Notes under the pieces: generated by a model
Told to the model about the DNA's origin: nothing
The model's database searches: none
What the model saw: the letters and a program-made list of their open reading frames with translations, nothing else
Shown here: piece after piece, positions 57,133-64,000 of the stretch
Numbering within the stretch: the stretch's first letter is position 1
Layout: each line of letters begins with the position of its first letter
Program-made: the position numbers and the translations under genes
IMG/VR virus record: IMGVR_UViG_3300044638_008303
Location: 1-64,000 of that record
Reading direction: 5' to 3' (one strand)
DNA length: 64,000 nucleotides
DNA from: a virus

Positions 57133-60086
57133 AAAGTTAATACTTTAGTATTACTAGTTCTTTGACTGGTTCTGGTATATAAATCTTTTAATATTTGATA
57201 ATTACCACCCGCGCCAACGCCCCCGCCCATACTAACTGGTTTTATATATTTATCTAGTAAACTAGATAAAGAAGTACCCATTCCGGGCGGTTGAAATAAC
57301 TTATCACTAAATTCATACTGTGTAAAAACGCCATCACTTGAAATAATTAAACTTAAAGAAGATAATCCCTCTTCAACTTTAAAATTTTCAGGAATTAAAC
57401 CCGCAAGTTTAAAACTTATAAATTTTAATGGATCTGAATATGAATAAGATTGCATATTAGCTAAATCTTTTACATAAGCCTCTAATAATGCTTCATTTGG
57501 GATACAACTTCCACCAAATAAATTAAGAAAATTTTCTGCAATATCATTTATGTAATAATCAACGGAATAAACTTTTGTTGGATTTTTTACTGAAACACTA
57601 TTAATTAATTCTATTTTTGGAATAAAAACAGGTATATCATCAGAGCATTTGACAAAAACTCTGTATCCTTTTGTGTAACTACTATTTAAATAACTTGGAT
57701 TAGGGTCGCTAAGATTCGCTTGAGTAGTAAAAGCTTGCGCCATATCTTGGGTTTGTTCACTAAAGGACTGTACTGGGGGAAAAATTTTCATTCCAGGTAC
57801 AGAAATTTCTATACAGGAAGAAGATTGAAGGCCCCATTTACCACGATTTACTAAGATCGTTTTTCCGTCCGCCCCCTGTCTTTCTAAATAATGATTTTCT
57901 GCTATTTCTTGATTAGGATGTTTATCAATTAATTGGGCGCTTAATTTCCAATCTTTTAACTCTTTTACTATAAAAAGTTTTATACTTGTATCGTATTTTG
58001 CTTGAGGATACAAATCGAATAATAAATTCGGCCTGCCATCAACTGTACCAAATTTTTTAAAACATTGATCCCCATGCCAATTGAATAAAGTTTGATACCA
58101 TTTAGTTGCATATTCTAGTTCTGGAAGCCATTTCGTATTGGCTCTTTCCCATAATAAAAAACCTTTAGTTGAATATATCTCAGGTTTTTTTTCTTTTACC
58201 GTTGATTGAAGAGTATTTTTTCTTTCATCTCGTTTGATTTTATTTTCACTAAGCCCTGCTTTAAATTTTGATTTAAGAAATCTTCCTAGTATAGATTGTT
58301 TCGCATGTCCAAAATTAAAAATCTTAATATTATCCATATTTTGACCAATTTTTATAAAATTACCGCTACCATCTTCTGGAGGACCCTCTACATTACATTC
58401 TGATTTAGCGTTACTACTATTGGGAACATTAGTTGAAAATAAACGGTAGAAATGTTTTCCTAAAAAATTAGTAGCTAAATTTTGTTCAGTTTCTATCATT
58501 TGGCTCCAACCATCTTCATTTACTTTCGCAATAAAAAAATAATATTTTGGATCTTCTGGAGTGCCACCGCCAAGCATATAAAATTCTCTTTGTTGTCGTG
58601 TCATCAAAGTATCTCTTATTAAAAAAAACTTATTTTGCTGTTCTCCTATTAGTTTTGGATGAAAAACGTTGTAAACTTCCATATCACCAAAAAATTTTAA
58701 TGTTTTTTTGTCAGCAGGTTCAGTTGCTGGACTCCCATCTTCTTCATAATTATCTGGGGAACTTTCAAAATAAGAATCGGTAATAGTCATATCACTTGAT
58801 GTCGTGGTATTCCCAATAGTTCTAGTATTAGATGCGTTGTTAGAGGAACCTGGTGATTGACTACTTGGTGAAGAAGCGGGTGCTGAAGAACTACTAGATG
58901 GCGCAGAACTAGAAGAAGAATTGGATGAGCTAGAAGACCCTGAAGAACTAGAAGAGCCAGCAGACATTTTATAATTATCGTTTAATACTTTATGATTTAA
59001 AATTCCATAATAAGAAAACCAAAAAAAACTATTTCTTAAATCTACGCTATAATAATTAAGAGTTACGCCTATTTCTTTTGCTACTAAATCACTTTTTATT
59101 ACTGCATTCGGTACGGCTGAATTATTTGATTTTCCATCAAGAGTTGATAATTCTGCAAAACTTAAAGGTTTTAAATTTTGATAGGTATCATTTTCACAAC
59201 TATATGAACGAGGACCCCCAGGTTTGTTAAAAGGACCAATAAAACCTCTACTATAAGTACCTTCTAAAGTTGTTTTATATTTTAAATCAGTAACATTTTT
59301 TATGTTTTTAGCCGTTTCATAAGATATTAATTTTGAATTAGTAATTAAAACTGTTCTATCAATAATTTTTAACTCATTTTTTAGCGCATCGTAATAAAAT
59401 GTTAAGCCAAGGTCATCCATCCAACTATTTAAGACATTTCTTAAATTTCCAACATGTTGAGCTTTGGGAAGATATACTTTAGATGCATCAAAAGTAATTA
59501 TTATTTCTGTAACTTTTGCTTTAATTTGATTAATTAAATTATGAAATGTATAGTAAACAGGGTAGTTTTCCCAGTTAGTAGTTTCCGCATCGCATATTGA
59601 CTTATATTTAGTTGGCGGCATAAATGGACATGGGTCACATGGATCAATCTGAAGTTTTGTTTCTGTATAATCCACAATAGAATCTAAATTTTTGTCACAG
59701 GGATGATACTGTTTACCAACAAGTATAAGATTAGATGGATTAGAGTTAGCGCTCCTTTTTCCATGTATAGTATTTAAGCCAACAAACCATTGATCTAATT
59801 TTATAGATTTATCAACATATTCTAATTTTAATACTTTTTGCTCAGTAGTTGAGTCTAATTCTGTACTTATTAAGTAACCTTTAAATGTAAAGTCTCCAAC
59901 TGTAATCGTTTCTTCTTTTTCTAAATCAGGTTCGGGCGGATTATAAGTTCCAAGTTTATTTGCAATCGTCACACTTAATTTACTTGGACTACTACCACCA
60001 TTAAATTGCCAATTAAAGTCTATAATACCATCATCGCCTTGTAATCCAGGAACTGAAATTTTATCAATTGTAATTTGTTGTGACAT
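57129..60086 (-). CDS. Putative baseplate hub/tail protein (985 aa) with a Ser-rich insert
   Basis: Hub-like beta-rich N-terminus and SAGSSSSSGSSSSSNSSSSSAPSSSSSAP insert. Confidence 0.6.
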   Translation of the reverse strand: MSQQITIDKISVPGLQGDDGIIDFNWQFNGGSSPSKLSVTIANKLGTYNPPEPDLEKEETITVGDFTFKGYLISTELDSTTEQKVLKLEYVDKSIKLDQWFVGLNTIHGKRSANSNPSNLILVGKQYHPCDKNLDSIVDYTETKLQIDPCDPCPFMPPTKYKSICDAETTNWENYPVYYTFHNLINQIKAKVTEIIITFDASKVYLPKAQHVGNLRNVLNSWMDDLGLTFYYDALKNELKIIDRTVLITNSKLISYETAKNIKNVTDLKYKTTLEGTYSRGFIGPFNKPGGPRSYSCENDTYQNLKPLSFAELSTLDGKSNNSAVPNAVIKSDLVAKEIGVTLNYYSVDLRNSFFWFSYYGILNHKVLNDNYKMSAGSSSSSGSSSSSNSSSSSAPSSSSSAPASSPSSQSPGSSNNASNTRTIGNTTTSSDMTITDSYFESSPDNYEEDGSPATEPADKKTLKFFGDMEVYNVFHPKLIGEQQNKFFLIRDTLMTRQQREFYMLGGGTPEDPKYYFFIAKVNEDGWSQMIETEQNLATNFLGKHFYRLFSTNVPNSSNAKSECNVEGPPEDGSGNFIKIGQNMDNIKIFNFGHAKQSILGRFLKSKFKAGLSENKIKRDERKNTLQSTVKEKKPEIYSTKGFLLWERANTKWLPELEYATKWYQTLFNWHGDQCFKKFGTVDGRPNLLFDLYPQAKYDTSIKLFIVKELKDWKLSAQLIDKHPNQEIAENHYLERQGADGKTILVNRGKWGLQSSSCIEISVPGMKIFPPVQSFSEQTQDMAQAFTTQANLSDPNPSYLNSSYTKGYRVFVKCSDDIPVFIPKIELINSVSVKNPTKVYSVDYYINDIAENFLNLFGGSCIPNEALLEAYVKDLANMQSYSYSDPLKFISFKLAGLIPENFKVEEGLSSLSLIISSDGVFTQYEFSDKLFQPPGMGTSLSSLLDKYIKPVSMGGGVGAGGNYQILKDLYTRTSQRTSNTKVLTL

Positions 60087-62951
60087 TTAATTATTATATA
60101 TTATATCTGGTAACTGTTCTAAAAATAGAACCCCAGTTTTTAGATTTAAACTTGATAATTCATTATAATCTTCATTATACGATTGTCTTATACCATTTAC
60201 ATATATTTCCGACAATCTTTCGTAATATTTTTGTGGAGAATAAGAGTAAGGCTTTCCACTTTCTATATATGAATAATCGTAATTTTTAGGAACAAAGCAT
60301 AAATTACCAGTAATTCCCGTATAGAAAGAATAATTATTAAAAGTAATGTTATTTGAAGAATAAACTAACCCCCCAGCGTTAACTGATGAACTTGGAGCGC
60401 CCTGTACAAAAATTGACCCATCATTATTTAAGCTAAGATGTTTTCCATGATATGGAGAAACCTGACCGCTAGGAATTTCTTGATGAAAAGCCCACCCAAT
60501 ATTTAAATTACCTGTAAATATTATAGTACTATCACCTTCATTTTTTGCTGTAGCTATAATTGTTCCATTATTATTAATATCAATACTCGAACCAATTATA
60601 CCAGTAATTACTTGTTTTAATACCCATTCATTATTTAAATCTCCTGTATAAATAGAAATACCAGAAGAACTCCCGAAATTACCGATTACACACACATTAC
60701 CCATGCCATTACATGCGACATCCCATCCAAAGTAAGGAATCTGAGTACTAGGTTTTAATATGTTTTTAATACCCCAACCAACTAAAGAATTTCCAGTATA
60801 TATAATTGCTGACCCCGTAAAATTACTCTGATCATTTGGCGCTCCTACTACTAAAATTGTACCGTCATTATTGGTATCCATAGAGTTACCTATTTGCTTA
60901 CAATTATTAATTGAACTTAACTGTTGTTTGAAATTCCATCCATTATTTATATCACCGGTAAAAATAACTACAGTTCCATTTCGATCATTATTAAAAGGAG
61001 CCCCAACTGCTAAAACTGTACCGTCATTATTAGATGTAGTTGCATAACCAAACCATCCTACAGCATCATAAATAATTTCAATTTCTTCATCCTCAATTAT
61101 TTCAATAGATTCCTCATAAGGTAAATCATTTTTATATTTCCATCCATTATTTGCATCACCAGTATAAATAGAAACCTTATTTATTCCGAAGCTACCTATC
61201 ATCAATAAATTAGCACTACTATTAGTTGCAAGACTATTACCAAAAAATTCATTATTTAGGATACCAGTGATTGTTTGTTTTACATTCCAGCCAAGAATTG
61301 AATTCCCAGTGTATATAGCTACAACTCCTCTAGCAGTATTTTGTAAATAATCGCCCACTATTATTACAGATTCGTCATTATTTATTCTACTACTTCTATA
61401 ACTCCTACTATTAAAAATATTCTGTAACTCATCTCTTAAATCATAATTATTATCAATACTATAATGTATATTTTCAGTTAATTTTTGCCCATTAAAAAAT
61501 ATATTAAAACTACTATTTGATAGCGATGGGATAGAAATAGATGATTCTATATATAGATCTTCATAACATACGGTTTCCCCGGTATTAAAATCAACAAAAA
61601 TAGAGTCTGAAGATGGTTGGCCATATAAATTAAAAGGAACAATTTTTCCGTTTTCTACGCCATAATCATTTTTAACAATTCTTATTAAATCTGGATTGTA
61701 AGAATTACTTAAATCAATAAGTTCTCCAGACGTTTGATATTGCCCATTAATAAATAAAGATTCGTTTTCTATAGTGCGGTTGGGTAAATAGTAACCATAA
61801 TCAAACCTATTTTGAGATAAAAATAAATTTTTATTATTAATTTTACTTATATCTCCAGTAATTAAACCAATTTCTATTAAATCGTCATTTATTTTATCTG
61901 TTGTAAATTTTATATAATCTTTGTTATAATTATTAAATTTATTCAAATTTCTTTTCAAAGAAATCGTTAAAGGTTCATTAAAAAATTGAAAAAATGAACC
62001 GGTAAGAAGAGTAAAGCCATATAACGGTCTTAAACCGTATAATGGGCTATTAGTATATCCAACTGTCTGAAAACCCCAATCATCATATATAACACCTGTT
62101 GCAGTTCTTTGAAAACCTGTAATATATAATCCGCTTCCAGTAATTTCATATCTTCGTCCTGTGATTCCCGTCACAAGACCTGACGCTAAAGCGCCTCCAG
62201 ACGCATAAGTATCATGAATAAAGCCTGTATAAATAAAAGGTAATTCTCGATTAAATAATCCAGAACCCACAATAAAATTATCGATATACCCCAAAAATGG
62301 TTGATTATTATTATATGAATTAATTGACTCAGGGTTATATCCTATATATAAATTTTTTGGATTGTATATAAAGTTTGAATTAATATTAAAATTAGAATTA
62401 ATTACCGAATTTTGAACAAAATTAAAGTAGCCAAAATTTACAGTGTTATTAGAAATATTTAAATATACACTAGATTTATTTGATAAATTAGACTCTTGAA
62501 CAAAAACTCTTGAACCAGATGGTTCAAAATATTCAAAATAAAGATTATTATTAGCCGTAACACCAAATTCAAAACCTTGATTAACATTTATAAAGTAAGT
62601 ACTACCATCTTCATTATATTGTAAAATATTATCTTTTGTAATACTAGATATTAAAGTACTAGATCCAACCCTTATTTTTTCAAAATCTATAATAAAAGTA
62701 GAATCATTATAATTTATAAAATTATTTATACCAGTTATTCTTGCGTAATTACCAGAAAAATATCCACGACCACTTGTTGACCATAATTCATAAGGAAAAG
62801 GAATTATATTTGCAGATAAACGCCCAGAATTAATTCCATTATTTTTTATAGTAGACCCGGTTTCTAAAAAGTTATATCTTAAAACTAATTTAGAATAAAT
62901 ATCTGGACGGGCAAACTGTATAAAATATAGATTATCTTCAATTTTATTCAT
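60087..62951 (-). CDS. Virion protein (954 aa) with a LamG/ConA-like N-terminus and an inserted FG-GAP propeller
   Basis: LYIG...FLGYIDNF; FG...LAVGAP...G.V.IFTG repeats; NG(Q/I) tail-protein repeats. Confidence 0.75.
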   Translation of the reverse strand: MNKIEDNLYFIQFARPDIYSKLVLRYNFLETGSTIKNNGINSGRLSANIIPFPYELWSTSGRGYFSGNYARITGINNFINYNDSTFIIDFEKIRVGSSTLISSITKDNILQYNEDGSTYFINVNQGFEFGVTANNNLYFEYFEPSGSRVFVQESNLSNKSSVYLNISNNTVNFGYFNFVQNSVINSNFNINSNFIYNPKNLYIGYNPESINSYNNNQPFLGYIDNFIVGSGLFNRELPFIYTGFIHDTYASGGALASGLVTGITGRRYEITGSGLYITGFQRTATGVIYDDWGFQTVGYTNSPLYGLRPLYGFTLLTGSFFQFFNEPLTISLKRNLNKFNNYNKDYIKFTTDKINDDLIEIGLITGDISKINNKNLFLSQNRFDYGYYLPNRTIENESLFINGQYQTSGELIDLSNSYNPDLIRIVKNDYGVENGKIVPFNLYGQPSSDSIFVDFNTGETVCYEDLYIESSISIPSLSNSSFNIFFNGQKLTENIHYSIDNNYDLRDELQNIFNSRSYRSSRINNDESVIIVGDYLQNTARGVVAIYTGNSILGWNVKQTITGILNNEFFGNSLATNSSANLLMIGSFGINKVSIYTGDANNGWKYKNDLPYEESIEIIEDEEIEIIYDAVGWFGYATTSNNDGTVLAVGAPFNNDRNGTVVIFTGDINNGWNFKQQLSSINNCKQIGNSMDTNNDGTILVVGAPNDQSNFTGSAIIYTGNSLVGWGIKNILKPSTQIPYFGWDVACNGMGNVCVIGNFGSSSGISIYTGDLNNEWVLKQVITGIIGSSIDINNNGTIIATAKNEGDSTIIFTGNLNIGWAFHQEIPSGQVSPYHGKHLSLNNDGSIFVQGAPSSSVNAGGLVYSSNNITFNNYSFYTGITGNLCFVPKNYDYSYIESGKPYSYSPQKYYERLSEIYVNGIRQSYNEDYNELSSLNLKTGVLFLEQLPDIIYNN

Positions 62952-62953
62952 AA

Positions 62954-64000
62954 TTAACCTCCATATAATTTTGTTTCTGCTGAATACTGTAATTCAAAAT
63001 CATATCTTACAGTGGTATCTTTTGTCATCGAACAAGTTTTTTTTACTAAAAATTCATTTGCAAAATTTTCAGAGTTTTTAAGTTCAGTATATATGGATGC
63101 CGCTGCCGCTAAAACATCCTCTTGTATTCCCTCGTTTTCAGATAAAGCTGTACCTTGAATAGATATTTCACCCCTTGTTTTAGCTTTAACATTTATCAAA
63201 CCTTGAGAACCGTCAAGAAATTGAATTGGATTTTTTATTGGTATGGATGGAGTATAATCAATATTATATTCAAAATTAAAAACTTGACCTTGTAAATTTT
63301 GTGGTATTAAAGAAGAGTCATCGAATGAAACATTAAAATTTGTTGAAAAACTTGCGCTATTTGTTGTAATTGAGGAACTTTTAGGCAGTGTAAAAACAGG
63401 GGGCGGGGTAACATTCGGAAAATATTTAGTATACTCTGTTTGGCATGATTCATTTAAAGGCGGGTCGAAGCTATTTAATTGACTTATGTTTGTTTTTCGT
63501 TCTTTTTGATGTTTTTTTTGAAACGTCGCTGTACCATTCACGCTAACTGTTCTTATATCATTTACAACATCATGATCAGCAGTTGTTTCTGATAAAATTA
63601 ATTTATCTATAATAATATTATTAAAAGTATAACTAAAAGTTATCGTATTATTTAACTCGTCTTCGTCAACAGAAAAATTAATAGCCCTAGGATCTATAGT
63701 TTGCCCATTAGAACCTATATCTGCGGCATATTTCTCAATCGGAATTTTTTTAAATTCGTCTCGCAGTGTTTCAATTGTCATATCTTGTGGTCCAGATAGA
63801 GCGCCTTGAACTGTAATTAAAGTTGTTCCAGCTTTTTTATCTTCCGAAGATTCTATTGAAACATTTAAAAATGTACTAGATTGTGAATTTTGATTGTATT
63901 TAAATTCAACGTCAACACTTATAGAACCATCTAACCTATTAACTACCTGTCTAAAAGATAAAGGTTTGATATTTGAAGGTGGCGAACCCATTCCTGGTAA
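62954..64000 (-). CDS. Tail/baseplate structural protein, 5'-partial
   Basis: Frame is open upstream of ATG 63991 to the window edge; repeated beta motifs (ITVQGAL, VSVNGTA, ISIQGTA). Confidence 0.65.
   Translation of the reverse strand, partial: LPGMGSPPSNIKPLSFRQVVNRLDGSISVDVEFKYNQNSQSSTFLNVSIESSEDKKAGTTLITVQGALSGPQDMTIETLRDEFKKIPIEKYAADIGSNGQTIDPRAINFSVDEDELNNTITFSYTFNNIIIDKLILSETTADHDVVNDIRTVSVNGTATFQKKHQKERKTNISQLNSFDPPLNESCQTEYTKYFPNVTPPPVFTLPKSSSITTNSASFSTNFNVSFDDSSLIPQNLQGQVFNFEYNIDYTPSIPIKNPIQFLDGSQGLINVKAKTRGEISIQGTALSENEGIQEDVLAAAASIYTELKNSENFANEFLVKKTCSMTKDTTVRYDFELQYSAETKLYGG

Noticed and set aside
2130-60289. Numerous short overlapping or antisense ORFs in the track (e.g. 2130, 3086, 12460-13724, 18615, 28719, 31220-31988, 34394, 52887)
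   Set aside because: They overlap well-supported genes in other frames and lack recognisable motifs.
45779-62951. Diversity-generating retroelement target/template repeats
   Set aside because: No reverse transcriptase in the window; the visible repeats are in-frame propeller blades, not adenine-specific variants.
1-64000. Stop-codon recoding
   Set aside because: Genes tile densely under the standard code, TAA, TGA and TAG all end genes, and no suppressor tRNA is present.

Overview
This AT-rich, gene-dense 64 kb window is best read as part of a large tailed dsDNA phage genome, not a bacterial chromosome. It uses the standard genetic code. From left to right it holds: (1) an accessory region with AAA ATPases, three tRNAs (Leu-TAG, Ala-TGC, Val-TAC), a PQ-loop/SemiSWEET protein, a subtilase, ThyX and a MoxR + VWA/metallopeptidase pair; (2) two tail-tube-like genes; (3) a minus-strand replication operon with a DnaE-type polymerase split into three genes (PHP, DEDDh exonuclease, core), a PD-(D/E)XK nuclease, dCMP deaminase, primase, DnaB, dNMP kinase, RecA and a class II RNR; (4) a sugar-nucleotide/glycosyltransferase island inside that operon, plus further glycosyltransferases around a phage sigma factor; (5) very large virion/tail proteins carrying delta-60, Asp-box and FG-GAP propellers. 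The most striking candidate system is phage-encoded virion O-glycosylation: about seven GT-like genes (one DUF1792/GT-D-like) co-occur with structural proteins rich in poly-Ser tracts and [S/T]-G dipeptides. Other signals: sigma70-type promoters placed for leaderless mRNAs, a separate GTGTAA motif upstream of late-looking genes, twin covarying hairpins at a strand switch, and a structured spacer in the tRNA cluster. All product calls come from reading motifs by eye; no database searches were run.
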